DNA of 64,000 nt, taken from contig NW_024704743.1 in NCBI RefSeq assembly GCF_018977255.1, positions 113,708,001 through 113,772,000 of the forward strand, given 5' to 3'. Positions 11,152-24,624 of this stretch are shown here, in pieces. A model generated the notes under the pieces. It saw nothing but the letters and a program-made list of their open reading frames with translations, was not told where the DNA came from and did not search any database. Source of the stretch: Callorhinchus milii. Lineage: Eukaryota. Positions within the stretch are counted from its first letter, which is position 1, and every line of letters begins with the position of its first letter. Both the position numbers and the translations under genes were made by a program.

Positions 11152-12924
11152 ATCATTAATTAGAATGGGAGAGTTAGAAAGTTGAAAGTGAGCATAATCC
11201 CAGGGTTTGTTTGAAAGAGGCACATTGTTTGCAGCAAAAACTGGGCATTGTTGATGCCTGTCTTTATCTTCTCTGAAATACAGTCTGGTACATCGACTTA
11301 TGTGCAGACTGCAACAACTCAACACAACAGAGGCAGAGGAGTTCATTTTATCCAATTAAAAAGATGAAAACTCACAAAACAGATATTTGAATTTGACCTC
11401 TTTTTGTGAAGAAAAAAAAACATATGGAACTAAGTGAATCCCCTCTGCTGAACAGAATTTCATAAAGTGGCTGCATTATTGAGTTAATACTTAATATTTA
11501 TTGTAATTTTAAGTACAGTAATTAAGTACAGTAGGCGTAAGATGTGATAGTCTACAGCCAAGCAAGAGATCGCTTGAGAGTCAGAGTTGCAGTGATCGTA
11601 CTCTGATATTCGGAAGATACTGATAACAGATATTTGAATGAATTGAAGCATTTGTTTTCAAACCCACTGTAAACCCTGTGCAGTATTTACACTGAACATT
11701 TTGTGGTGAATCAAATTTGCACCAAATGTGCTACAGCATAACTGTGGTCTCAGACCTGCTGGTTACCCGGCTGGAGGCAGCCGCACAGAGCTGTGTAATG
11801 TGGCACTAGCCTCACTGCGCTGAGCTCGCTCCCAAACTCTCAACAACAACTTACATTTATATAGCCACCCTTCTGCTTTACTACAATTGAATTCATTGCT
11901 CAGTGGCAGTTAAAGCTTGCTGTATTTGTTCTGTTCAGTCCATCACACAGCCAATCACAGTTTCAGCAGAAAAGCCCTATTATAGAAATAACTGATATAT
12001 ATATTTGTTCCAACCAAGCATGGGGTACCATTGCATATGGCAATTGCCAAGGTACCTGGGTCTCACTGCAACGTTACTTCCTAAGTTACAGACATCTGCA
12101 CAAAAAAANGGCAACGTATGATTCATTTCAAGTGACACCGTTCTCAACTTCCACTAGAACTAATGCCATAATAGCGGTGGCTTTCTGTATGTTTTCTCTA
12201 CGTCCACTATAGATCTTCGCCATAAAGCAGTTTGGGCATCGTTCATCAGATGTAATCAGCAAACCACTTCTGGATCCTCAGTTCCATGTGTTTTTCTGTG
12301 TGGCGTCTGGTCTTAAAGCAATTCAGTTTTCCTTTAAAATGTCTGTTCCTATAAGTTTGTCATCAACCAGTTCTAACCACACAGCACATATAAATCCCAT
12401 ACCAACTAATGACCGCTCAGCTCTCTCTGGCAGTCAGTTCTGAAGCTCTAAATATCTCACCCACATGTTGTCCCACAGTTCTCACTGACTTTTATTAAAT
12501 TACTATTGGCAGTTGGAACATTTGTCCGACCAGCTGAATAAGCCACAACTGAATCTAGTCTCGAAGTCAAATCATGTTAGCAGAAAGGAAAAGCTTGCCA
12601 AAACATTTTATTCTCTTTTGCATTTACTTTGTAAGCCAAAGAGTGGGCTTACAGAGTACAGTAAATTCACTGCACTCATCTGCTTTGCAGCAGAATCCCA
12701 ATAATGTGGAGCCAGCCACAGCTGAAATGCAGGACTGTTTGCTTTGCAACAAACCTTTTTTTTCCACAATGCTGCAAAAAAATTATAAACAATTTCTGAC
12801 AGAATGATTTAAATATTTGATATTATCAAAGTGGTTCTTATGTTAGAGTAATTGCGCTCAAGATATCACTGCATTTCAATGTAGAATTTGTGATTTGTGC
12901 CTAAAGCTTATCATTAAGCAAATG

Positions 12925-13645
12925 TTTGTGTCCAAATGCGAACAAATGTGAGGTTATACATTTAGGGAGGAAGAACTAAAGACAGCAAATGTATGTTGGG
13001 GTAGTAAAATATAAAAGGAGTGGATGAGAAAAGACACTCGGGGATTAATATACATAAACATTTAAAGGTGGGAAGGAGGGAGGACAGAGCTGTCAAAAGC
13101 TAACGGAATCTTGTTTTATAAACAGGGTTATATAGAATATTAAAGCAAAGAGGTGATGCTAAACTCATATAAATCATTAGTTAAACCACAATTAGAATAT
13201 TGCGTCCAGTATCGTTCACCCCACTTTAGGAAAGATGCCAAGGTGATAGAGGGGGTGCAGAGGATATTTACTGGGATGATAGCAGGGATGAGTGATTTGG
13301 CCTTTGAGCAGAGACTGGAAGAACTGGGACTATTGATAGAGTCAATAGGGAGAAGTGTTGCTAGAGTCAATAGGGAGAAATGATTTCCAGTGGTGAGTTA
13401 GTAACTAGAGGGCATCAAATTTAGTCAGTAAATAAGCAAATAGAGAGGAATTGTTTTCACACACATAGTTAGGATATGGAATGCCCTGGAAGTGGTAGTT
13501 GATCAAAATCCATATTGGCCTTCAAGAGGGAACTTGACAGATACTTTAAAAAGAGTTAACTACAGGGGTATCAGGAAAGGTAAGTGGGACTGAAAGGATT
13601 GCTCTTCAGAAAGCCAGCATAAACACGATGAGCCAAATTTAAATG
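12925..13645 (+). mobile_element. CR1 LINE ORF2 C-terminus and 3'UTR (decayed)
   Basis: KCEVIHLGRKN, then YKSLVKPQLEYCVQ...PHFRKD...EGVQRIFTGMI.GM...FEQRLEELGL (ORF 13153-13383), typical of CR1 ORF2. Confidence 0.9.
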
Positions 13646-14199
13646 GTTCTAATTGTGATCTCTTCATTGATGGTCCTCTTGTCCTGCCCCTCCATGGTTT
13701 GCATGGATGCACATAGATTTTCTAATGTCTATTCAACAAAAAAACACATGCTAAGATAGCAATAAAACCAGAGTAGTTGAGTTAGGCAGAACAAGTGTTG
13801 TCATCTGAGTGCACTCTTTGTGAAATTCAATAGCAATTTTATTTGCAGTTGGGGTGGTGGTTATCAGGGTAATGATAGAGTCAGGTTTCTTAAGAGTAGA
13901 AAGCCACACAACTTTCTTAAATGCCATAATTTGCTGAGTTGGTGTCGACTTTACATCAATTCAACATTTATGGCATTTGAGAATTCGTAATTTAGCAGAT
14001 CTACGAAGAATGACGATTACAACTGCAGAATTTCTCTTGATTTCAGCTCTGGCACTCGTGGTCTTTTCACAATAACAGTAAGAGTGATCCTCTGCAGTGT
14101 CGATTGTTGATTGCATATGTCCACAGTGCCGGTTGGGTGATGACATTCTCAACGGCAGCCACCATCTCCTCAGGGTCCCCACCACAGCGAGCCGCCATA

Positions 14200-14325
14200 C
14201 ATACCCCATAAAATATACATTCAATTTAATTTACTGTATATTCTGTGAAGCAATTTTGAGACGTGTCAAAGATGTGATAAGGCGCTGTAACAAATGCAAG
14301 GATCATTATTATATTATTATAATAA
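14200..14325 (+). mobile_element. SINE 3' tail
   Basis: tattctgtgaagc...gatgtgataaggcgctgtaacaaatgcaaggat. Confidence 0.75.
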
Positions 14326-14394
14326 TATACTTATTATAATTCCCACCCTCTCTGTTACCTACCTCTGCTATCATCTAGGCTTCTAGGATGACAT

Positions 14395-14650
14395 TCCAGT
14401 GCAGTGCAGGAGATGTGGAAAGGCCGGAGACCCGACCGCCAATGGAGGGCCAGGGCGGGCCAGGCCAGAGCCCGATGAGCGGAGGGAGCGGACAGGTTTA
14501 TATGGAGTTAGCAAGTCACAGAGATAGAGAGGGGCAAGACCAGGCAGCGCTTTGAAGATGAAGATGGGGATTTTGAATTCTATCAACTGAGGAATGGAGA
14601 GCCAGTGGAGCTGGACGAGGATGAGAGTGATAGAGCCTGGTGCAGGAGAG
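14395..14650 (-). mobile_element. L2 ORF2 C-terminal fragment
   Basis: ITLILVQLHWLSIPQLIEFKI..FKALPGLAPLYLCDLLTPYKPVRSLRSS, the L2 LHWLP..RI.FK motif. Confidence 0.9.
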
Positions 14651-15539
14651 GACACGTAACTGATAAGGAGTTTTATTCTTCATATTAAAGGTATAACTTT
14701 TTCATTATAAGTTCATGATTTCAGAAGGAAATCCAGCTTATCTGTGAAAGGACGGAGACCACATCTGAATGGTGGAGATGTGGAGATGCATGATTTCTCT
14801 GGAGCTTTTGTTTGGGAGATTGGTTAACAAAATAATATCGATGCAGAATTTTCTCTCAGGAGAGTGATTAATTGTGGTGGAGTCCATGGTGTTGATTGCA
14901 TAGTGTCAAGGGAAGAACAGCTCAATGAGCCACATTACCTTTTCTTGCTTTTTACCATCTAAAGTTTTTGCTGTGATTTCAACACGCCAGGCGAGGTGGC
15001 CCTGTGAATGTATGTTGTGTCATTGTGTCAGAAATGATCCCTGTTGTTCTATTTTCTCAACGGCATGTTATAAATTCCACATTTCACATTCATAACAGAA
15101 ATTTATTTCATGTCCTAACTATCTGTGTGTTTGATGGAAACCCTTGTATACCATCCCCATGTTGGTTCCATGTAAAGTTAAATAGCCCGAAGCTGGTATC
15201 TGGTAGCAGTTGGTTGTTGCTTCTGTTTGAGGTTGTTCAATGTTGTTTCTACAAATCGGTGAAATGAACCATACAACACAATCAATTTACATAGTTAGCC
15301 TCATGCAAAGCACAGTTATTGATCCCTCCCCAACCCCTGCAAATGTTTTTGTCTATTTACATATTTTATATGTAAGAAAAACTCAAGTCTACACATATTA
15401 CAGTCAGTTATCAAAACCACAGAACAATTATTTTCTCTTTTTCTATGACATTGTGTAAGTTTTGAATATTTATTGTTTTTTTAACTGACAAAGTGTGTTT
15501 GTGGGAATGCGTTGATAGTAAAACGTGGTTTTGTTCTGA

Positions 15540-15803
15540 GTCTGGTTGATAACTGGGAGAAACTCTCTTCTCTTTTCAAATAGTGCCATGGGTTGTTTAA
15601 CATCCATCTGAACAGTGAACAGACAGACGTGACCTTAGTTTAAAGTCTCATCTAAAGGATGCCACCTTTGACAATGCAGCACTCCCCCAGCACTTTATTG
15701 GAGTGTCAGCCAAGACTGTGAGATCAAAGTCCCAATGTGGAACTTGAACCCACAACCTACAGATTCAGAGGCAAATGTGCTACCGACTGAGCCAGGGCTG
15801 ACA
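15540..15803 (-). mobile_element. Deu-domain SINE (SacSINE1/AmnSINE1-like), head and central domain
   Basis: Reverse complement gives tcagccctggctcagtcggtagcacatttgcctctgaatc...ggttcaagttccac...gagtgctgcattgtcaaaggtggcatcctttagatgagac...cccatggcactatttgaaaag, collinear with 52541-52985. Confidence 0.8.
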
Positions 15804-16719
15804 CCAGCTGCATTATGGAAATAAGGTGGTTTACAATGGTGGCTTTTAGCATCCACAGAGAGAAGGGCGAGATTTTGTTTTCATCTTTGCTAAGATATTT
15901 CATTTCATTAATTTCTCTACACAATTACCTGTACATTTGTACATGTACACATAGGGAATACTTAATTTTAAGATTATAAATGCAGAATGAATCTTTGTGG
16001 ATAAAATGAAAGGAAAAGACATTTGTCTTTCACTCCTTTTGATGTATTGGCTCAGTGAAGGGATGGAACCACACTGACAGGTTACCTGCTGTGGTGAGTG
16101 GGAAAATCAAACAAACAACACATTGCACATGTGCAGAACAGACAACATCAGCAAATGTTGCTCCACATGTGCATTCAGGCATTATTATGACAAAGGAAAT
16201 CATCTAAAAATAGCTAAAAGGAATTAATGTTTAATACATTTTCACTTTATTATCTATATATATGGTACCTCCAACATTACAAACTCAAACCTGTGCTTAA
16301 TACGGTTAACAAACCAAAAACTAATACATATATATTTTTGTAATATTACTTGATCTTATTTGTAACATAACATCAAGTAAGCTGCACTTTATCATATGTG
16401 ACAATTACTTTAATTTTTATGCAATGATTAAAGAATCCACGTAAATTGAGATTTTAGATGATGGATAAATACGAAAGCCATTCCTCCATCAAGGGCATGT
16501 GAACATTTGCTTCATGCCTCATATTACTCCATTAAGTCTAATGATCTTCTCCTCTGACAGCACAATGAGCAGCAAAATAAACTCTAAGGGGGTGGCGATG
16601 CTCCCATGGTGATAACTTTGGTGATGTGACTCGAATAGGAAATGGCATAAGGTAAGAGTGAGCTAAACATACCAGAACACTGAGCAAAACTAGCATAAAG
16701 TGTCTCCATTGTCATGAGC

Positions 16720-17611
16720 AACAACAATAATAATAATCCTTGCATTTGATATAGTGCCTTATCACATCTTCTAGACGTCTCAAAGTGCTTCACAGAATAT
16801 ACTATAAAGTGAATTGACTGTATATTCTGTTGGTGAAATACGGCAGCCAATTGCATACAGCAGTGTCCCACAAACAGTCATGGATTGAGTGACTAAAATA
16901 TTATATTTTTTTAAGTCGATCCACCAATCGACTAACAACCGGGTTCCTACTTACTGCTACCACGCGACAACATCACTCCCACCCTCGCTCGCCTCCACTG
17001 GCTTCCCATCCCCCAGAGGATCGAATTCAAGATCCTCATCCTCACCTACAAGGCCATTCACGGCCTTGCTCCCTCCTACCTCTCTGACTTACTATCCCCT
17101 ACCTACCTGCCCGTACCCTCCGTTCCTCTGGCTCCGGTCTGCTCCACATCCCCCGCCCCAACCGCCCTACCATCGGTGGCCGGGCCTTCAGCCTCTCAGC
17201 CCTAGGCTCTGGAACTCTATCCCCAGTGCCTTTGCCTTGCTTCCTCCCTTTCCTCCTTCAAGGCCGGTCTCAAGACCTTTCTCTTTGACCGTGCCTTCAG
17301 CTCCCCTCTCGACTCTCTACCCCCTCCTCGCTCCTTCCCTTCCCTCCCCTCACCCTGACCATTTCCCCCCTGCTCGGGTCCTGACCCAACTGTCCAGCGC
17401 CTTGGGATGTCCTCCCGACATGAAAGGCGCTCCATAAATGGAATTTTGTTGTTGTTGTTGTAGGTAAACAGAGGCATGTAGAGTAAGGAACCCCCCCCAC
17501 CCCAAGAACCCCCCCCCCCCCCCGAGAAACCCCCCCACCCCCCGGAGAATCGAATCCAGGTCCTGTCGCTTTTGAGGCGAGTGCTCTCATCACTAAGCTA
17601 CAGGACTCCAC
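16720..17611 (-). mobile_element. Long-form SINE interrupted by L2 (pieces 16720-16959 and 17461-17611)
   Basis: ...cctacttactgcta breaks off and resumes as taggtaaacagaggc after the L2 tail. Head ends ...agctacaggactccac. Confidence 0.85.
16960..17460 (+). mobile_element. 5'-truncated L2 inserted in a SINE
   Basis: LARLHWLPIPQRIEFKILILTYKAIHGLAPSYLSDLL frame, C-rich UTR, (TTG)n tail. Confidence 0.92.
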
Positions 17612-18029
17612 AATCCCACAGCCCTCCTTCATGGTTTCCAATTATGCAATAAACAATTTTATCAATGATCTTATATCTCAATTTTAGATCAATTTAGTAA
17701 AATAAATTCCAGTTGATATTAAATCTCTATGCACTGGACTTAGATGTTTCACCATTTTCCTGAAAGCACATTTAATCTGCTTTTTAATTTTAAAAAAATT
17801 CAAGGAAAGTAATGGAAGGAATTCACGGAAAGATAAAGTGCTTTTAACTTTCTACAGTTTTCATTACAGTTTCCATAGGGTCTATGGAATGTGCAGTGAA
17901 AGGGATATCATCCTTTAATGCACCATTTGATCTGCATTTGTATTTACATCTAAAGCCCAGCCACATTTTGATGGATGATCAGTTGATTAATCATAAAGTG
18001 ACTGCACTCTGCCTACTGCAATTCAGCTC

Positions 18030-19147
18030 CATTGTCTAGTGCCCCTCCTCAAAAACCCACCCTCGATCCCTCTAATCTCTCACACTACCATCCCATTTCC
18101 AACCTACCCTTCCTTACCAAAGTCCTGGAGGAATTGCTTTCGTATTGTTGCAGGTCAACTTCAGTCACACCTCTCCCTCCATTCCCTCCTCGAGCCCCTG
18201 CAGTCTGGTTTTCTCCATGCCCACAGCACAGAGCCAGCGCTTGTCAAAGTCACAAACGACGTCCTCTCTATCTGTGACCAGGGCTCCCGCTACCTCCTCG
18301 TCCTCCTGGATCTCTCTGCCATGTTCAACACAGTCAACTATGTCATCCTCCTCCACCACCTCTTCTCCCTCATCCACCTTAGTGGGACCGCACTCACATG
18401 GTTCAAGTCCTACTTAACCAACCGCCTCCATTTCGTCTCGGCAAATGGTTGCTCCTGGGGTACCCCAGGGCTCCATTCATGGCGCTCTTCTTTTCCTTAC
18501 CTATATGCTCCCTCTGGGCCATGTCATCCACAGACTCACAGAATCAGTGTGCAAGCTAGACGTCCGGTTCGACCCCCAGCTGTCCTTCCTCCCCACATCC
18601 GGTCACCGAGCAGGATCGCCTTCCTCCACCTTTGCCACATTGCCTCCTCCGACCGTATCTTACCCCAAATGCAGCCGAAATCTCGTGCGTGCGTTTGTCA
18701 CCTCCCGCTTGGATTACTCAAATGCACTCCTCACAGGTCTCCCCAGCTCCACATTCCAAAGATTCTGTTCATTCAGAGCTCTGCCGCCCCCATACTGACT
18801 CGGACCAAACTCTGTACCCACATCTCACCAGTTCTGACCAGGCTCCACTGGCTCACCATCACCGAACGGATGGACTTCAAGATCCTCACTCTCATGTTCA
18901 AATCCCTTCACTCTCTGGCACCTCTCTACCTCTCCAACCTCCTCACTCCCCCATCCACCACCCCGCATCTTCGCTCGACTGCCACTGGCCTCCTGCCTGT
19001 CCCTCACACCCTCTGTCCCAGCATTGGAGGACGCACTTTCATCCATTATGCACCTAAATTCTGGAACACTCTCCCTCAATCCCTCCGCCTTGCCCCCTCT
19101 CTCCCCTTTTTCAAGTCCAACCTGAAAACCTTCTCTTCGACCATGCC
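18030..19147 (+). mobile_element. L2 ORF2 reverse-transcriptase region, frameshifted
   Basis: PLLKKPTLDP, PISNLPFL.K, QSGF...HSTE.AL.KV.ND, LLVLLDLSA.F.TV, GVPQGS, SRLDYSN and LHWL motifs are spread over three frames. Confidence 0.93.
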
Positions 19148-19304
19148 GTGTAGTTATATTCCTACCAATTCTATTCTTTGTGAGGCTCTATCACATACTA
19201 ATTACTACCAACAGCAATCTTTTCACTCTATTACAATCAGTAACGGAAATAACACTAGTATTAATGCTTGTCACTTGCTAAACTCCTTTATCTAACTCTG
19301 TTAG

Positions 19305-19560
19305 CGTGAATTTCCGCCTTGTCTTAGCCTGTAAGACAAATTAATCTTAAAATAAAATTCCAAGAATAATTTGGAAGTCAGTTTTCCACAATGCTGGCTT
19401 CCAAATTGTCACTGTCTGTTTTGAAACGGAAAAAAACTTTTTATGAAAGTGTTTTTCACTGTCCGCAATTTTGCACCCTTTTGATAAAAAGCCGAAAGAC
19501 TGAGTATTGACAGAAATGTATCAGAGACCCTGTTTAATCGTCCAGCGCCTTGGACGATGT
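19305..19560. mobile_element. Putative MITE fragment
   Basis: Starts gaatttccgccttgtcttagcctgtaagacaaa, matching the terminal inverted repeat of 63120-63330. The right end is undefined. Confidence 0.4.
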
Positions 19561-19900
19561 AATTTTGTTGTTTTTGTTGTTGTTTAAGCATCTAATGCAG
19601 TTAGTGGGGGGGCCAACACAAGGGGCTGAACCAGTCAGCATCACCCAAACCCCTGCAGTGCCCAGCTGAGTGAACTCATCTGTGAAGTGTGATGGTTAGG
19701 TAATGTAATGTAGCATGTCCCAATACAGTACTTCAAAACCCTTAATCTACCAGCATGTCACAGTTCACCCGGGTTTTATCGTTGCTGACAAATGTAAGGT
19801 GATACGTTATATTGGTTACAAATCTGAGAGAAAACCCATTAAAATGAATGTTTAAACCCGACGATGGATTATGATGCATCATGAAGCCAAGTTCGTTATA

Positions 19901-19968
19901 TAACAACAACAACTTGCACTTATATAGCACCCTCCAGGCAGGATAGCGTCTCAGAGCGCTTAACAGTG
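19901..19968 (-). mobile_element. Solo L2 3' tail
   Basis: aacaacaacaacttgcacttatatagcacc...tctcagagcgctt. Confidence 0.7.
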
Positions 19969-20842
19969 GCGGTTATTCCAAATTCATGCATTGTTTGATA
20001 CAGTAAAATTCACATATGTCTGATATGTATAAATCATATAATCACCTGAGTCGTACATCTGCTCAAGTCCCGTTCAAGAGTTTATATTCTCTGCAGATTT
20101 GACATAACTCATACTTTGCATAAGTCATAGTAAATGTATGGGTTCAACTGACACAGCTTATGTGGGGTTTACTGTATATGCGTGATGTCTTTTGTGAATC
20201 ACTGTTACAGTGGGAGGAAGGGGATTCTAGGATGTACACTTAGATTTGAAATTCATGCAGTGAAAGTAATTTATGTCTCAGATGCCAGAAGCCGAGCCAC
20301 TTTATATAAATAAAAGCAGGACACACAGGATAAAAGAGCACCACAAAGCAATACAACATTCCAGAAATTATACGAGGTGCAACCAGGAGAATGAACAGTT
20401 CCCAATCTCTACAGAGGTTGAACAGAAACCAGGACTCAGAAGATACAGGGCTTAGAAATGTCCAACTAAAATTCTTCCTAATAGAGCAAGTATAATTAAA
20501 CTCATAATATTTTGCATTAGAATAGAATAAATACCTGTGAAAGGCATTAACACTAAACATAATTTTTTAGAATATTTTGATTTAAACAATTCCGTGATTT
20601 ACATGCAAAATTACCAAATATTTAAAGAGACGTGGAAAAGACATGAAAAGCACTATATCAAATGCAAGGATTATTATTATTATTAAATGTTTCAATACTG
20701 TAACAAGCTGGGACATGTTTTTCTGAAGGGAAGTTTTAATGTGTTTAGAGAGGCTACAAAAGACTGTGTTTTTCTGGCGACTCATTACTCTTAGGTCCTT
20801 TCTCAAGGTTTAGACTCTAAATCTATTGGCACATCAAGTATA

Positions 20843-21148
20843 TGGAGTCCTGTAGCTCAGTGGTTGGAGCACTCGCCTTGCAAGCGAGACACCTGGGTTC
20901 AATTCCAGGCAGGGTGAAACCTTGGGCAAGTTTCCTTACTCCACACGCCTAATAATAATCCCTCCAAAGCAAAACAATAATAAATTGGTCATTTTCAATC
21001 CACGACTGTTTGTGGGACAATGCTGTGCGCAATTGGCTGCCGCGTTTCTACAGTCAATTCACTTTACAGTCTATTCTGTGAAGCGCTTTGAGATGTCGAG
21101 AAGACAAGAAAAGAGCTATATCAAAAGCAAGGATTATTATTATTATTA
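20843..21148 (+). mobile_element. Full-length short-form tRNA SINE
   Basis: A/B boxes, body and (ATT)n tail. Confidence 0.92.
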
Positions 21149-21159
21149 GAAGAGCTCAG

Positions 21160-22535
21160 TGATGCTACCAGCCTCCCACAAATGTTGGGAGGATGCCTCA
21201 AAATGCTTCTTCACACAGCTGACTGGCCACCCGATCTGGGGGGTGGGGACATAAGTGCAGTGCAGGCTTTAAGGGTAGGAAGGAAGAGGCTGAGGAACTC
21301 TAGGATGGAGTTCTAGAGACCAGAGGCAGAATGACTGAAAACTCATCCACTGATGGTGGGTCGGATAGGGCGAGAAACATGAACTTGAACTTAAAGTAGG
21401 TTTGTATAGGGTGAGCTGAGGGAGAAGCTGTGGTGGTAAGGTTGTAGGAGGTCACAGAGGTACGATGGAGCAAAGCTGTAGAAGGTTATGAAGGTGAGGA
21501 CGAGGCTATTGAATTCAATCCATTGAGAGATGGGGAGCCAATGGAGCTGGTGGAGTTAAGTGAGGCGGGTGTGGGAGAAGACATGGGCTGCAGAGTTCTG
21601 GTTGGTCTGTAGCTTGTGTAGGGAAGAGCTCAAAGGTCTGGTGAGCAAGGCATTGGAATAATCTAGCTTAGTCATAATGAGAGCATAGATGAGGGGTTCG
21701 GTACTCTAGGGATAGAGGTAGTGGCAGAGGTGGGCAATGTTTCGGATGTGAGCAGAAAGCTGATGGTGGAACGTGCATCTACGCAGGTTGATGCTGTCAG
21801 AGCCAGAGATAAGAATGCACTGACAGGAGCTGAGCAGGAGAGCCTCTGTCCTGTTGACATTCAACTGAAAAAAGTTAGAGTTCATCTAGAACTTGACATT
21901 GTGCTCTGCCACTGTCAAGCGCTCTGAGATGCTATCCTGCATAAGGGGCGCTATATAAATGCAAGTTGTTGTTGTTATTGCTATTGTTGTTGATGTCTGA
22001 CAGACAATTAGTCAGAACAGCAGTGGTTGAGGCTGGAGGCAGAGACAGAGTTGGATTTCTGTGCGTACACATAGAAATGGACCCCATATCCATAAATAAT
22101 GTTACAAAGTGGGAGCAAATAGATAGTGAAAAGGAGCGATGTGATTGTAATGGGAGGAGAAGCTCCTAGAAGAGACAAAGTGGAGATGCTGGGATAGGTA
22201 GGAGTGAAACCGGAAAGGACAGAACCGTGAAGGTGAAGCAGGGAGGAGAGACGGTGGAGGCAAGTGGATTGGTTGATTATGTTGAAGCCGGCAAATTGGC
22301 CAATGAGGAAAATGAGGAGACAGAAAGAGTTCTGGTCACAGATGTGGGTCGCTCTGGGCTGCTACCTTGCATGAGGGGAGCTATATAAATGCAAGTTGTT
22401 GTTGTTGTTGAGAATAACCTTGACTAGGGCGGTCTGGGTGCTGTGGGTGGGATGGAATCCAGATTGGACAGACTCAAGGAGGGAGTGGTGGGAAAGGAAG
22501 GAGTGAATCTGGGAGGCAACGACTCATTACAGCAC
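21160..22535 (-). mobile_element. Old L2 fragment carrying two + strand L2 tails (about 21905-21992 and 22350-22410)
   Basis: Purine-rich + strand. The reverse complement contains ctccattggctccccatctc (LHWLPI), ctagattattccaatgcc (LDYSNA) and QSGF/HST/VKV-like stretches. Confidence 0.8.
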
Positions 22536-24244
22536 CTTGGAATTATGCAGACCAGGAAGCTTCCCAGTTCAGTTCCCAAGCTTTGCTACATTAGGAGATT
22601 TCTTCATGCACTTATCATGGTGATCACCATTTGAGTGCAGATAAAACAGGATAACGTCTTAATTCAGTGGGTATCTTGTTAAGCAGCATTCAAATTATGT
22701 TTTCAGGATCTGATTCCAAACTCGGGACAGGTGCTACCAAATTTAAGATGGTTGCAATATATATTTAAATTATGAGTGACTCTAAATTTGTATGTTTCAT
22801 AATGCGCTAAATATGATAATTATCACATCAAATGTATTATGAAACGCCAAAATTGTCCCCTCCCTCCCCCCAAAATCTACTAAACAGAAGACACCTGACA
22901 GGGGCTTCACAGTCAATTCAGATCAGCTGCCCAGGTTCAAGGTTCATTGTTAACTTGCTGGTGGAGCAAGAGTTAAAGAATCCCTTGAGAATGAGGGCTG
23001 CAGGAGGTGCTGCTGGAAGCTTAGTCCACAAAACAGGAGAACATCAAGCCTTGGAACTGAGCAACCTGCAAAAAGGTGAGAAAATTGTCCAAATAGCAGC
23101 AAATCCTCTGGTGGCTGATGGAAATGAGGACATGTCTCCAGATCTTCAGCAGCATTAATAGTTCTTATCTAGCATTTACCACATGGCTATGGGACCAAAA
23201 AGTCCTCTGTACAGAAGAAACAAGGAAAGTAACAATGAAGATGGGGGAGGGGCTCGTACTCTTGCACGGAGCAGACAATTGAGTCAATGACACACAAGCC
23301 TGAGGGGCAGGAGTGTGCGACTTTACAAAGGCTGGAATGCACTGCGGGGAATGGGACAAATAGCTTTCTAACCGTATCAAAGATGTCAAGTTCCCACAGC
23401 TCATGGGAAAATTAATCTTCTGAAAATTGCGCTCGAGTCATAAACAACTTTGTCAGAAGTAAGAATAAGATAGTGACTGAAAGGAAGACTTTGGCTGGAA
23501 CTTTTGCATAGCCTGCCACGTGAGTCACTGTGCCGGGGTCAGGTGTAAGTTGAGCAATTACGCTAGATGTGTGTGGTTATTTTGAGTCTCACCACCAGAA
23601 CAAACAGATCAGGACCAACAATTATAAAGTGAAGCAACAGCAACAACAACAAAATTACATTTGTATAGCACCTTTCACATCGGGAGGACATCTCAAGGCG
23701 GTGGACAGTGTAAAGATACCAAGTCTAACCACAATGACACCTTTACAAAGGTCACAGTGAGCTAAACAAGCCTGGAATCATTCCAGCAAACAATTGGGGG
23801 TGGGGGCGATAACAGATGTAGATTAAAGATGCTTTTCTTTGGATAGAGGGCACATTAAAAGCAGTTTTTTAACAGCATCGCAGGAGTACGCATCAATACC
23901 AAAGTCTGCATCCCAGAGCAACTTTGCAGTGTCATTGAAAAATAATAGCCAATGAAGACGCAGCAGAAATAATGCAAATTTCATGCTTCTGAAGCAGCAA
24001 AGCAGACACTTGACCTCTATAAAATCTGCCCTGCAGCTTCTGGCTGCTGGTTCCTGTTGAGGTGCATGTAGTTGGCAGTATGGTAATACAATGGAGCACT
24101 TGCCCTATTAATGCACAGGTATACAGCAAACTACCTGCTCCTGAGATATCACCTGTCAGTGTCTGCAAGGTCTCACTAGTCAAGCAGATGAGAAGTATCA
24201 TCCAGAATAGCTCGGTCCATTGAGACCAGCATTTGGGACCCGAA

Positions 24245-24420
24245 GTCTCAATGACATGACAAGACGCCATATCTAATGCAAGGATTATTAATTATATTAT
24301 TATAATGCAATTTGCTGTCATGTTTTGCCCACAAAATATACAGTCAATTCACTTGCAGTATATTCTCTGAAGCGCTTTGAGATGTTTCGAAGACATGACA
24401 AGGCGTTATATCAAATGCAA
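24245..24420 (+). mobile_element. Two tandem SINE 3' tails
   Basis: ...aatgcaaggattatt followed by ...gcccacaaaatatacagtcaattcac...atcaaatgcaa. Confidence 0.75.
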
Positions 24421-24624
24421 GTGCACTCAGCCCTTCACACTTTCGAGATTAATGAGAGTGATGTCTGAAAGAATATCTTCAGCCCTGGGGCAGGAGGCAG
24501 TTGAACTGGTTCCAAAGTAATCTAAAGTATGGGCGATCACCCATGGAGATGTGCAGATATATTCTCAATCCTGCAAGACACAATCCTCTTAAAAGTACCA
24601 TAAAAGTGTAGCAGTCTTAACAAT

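Noticed and set aside
12109-12109. Single N base
   Set aside because: Assembly ambiguity or gap marker, not biology. Adjacency across it may be unreliable.
11740-12810. hAT/Charlie-type DNA transposon remnant (tgtggtctc terminus-like start, CLLCNK motif)
   Set aside because: I found no partner TIR, TSD or extended transposase similarity.
18039-19295. 418-aa ORF, the longest in the window, as a functional RT or domesticated gene
   Set aside because: L2 motifs move in and out of this frame, the catalytic YADD region is deleted, and C-rich L2 sense strands are naturally poor in stop codons.
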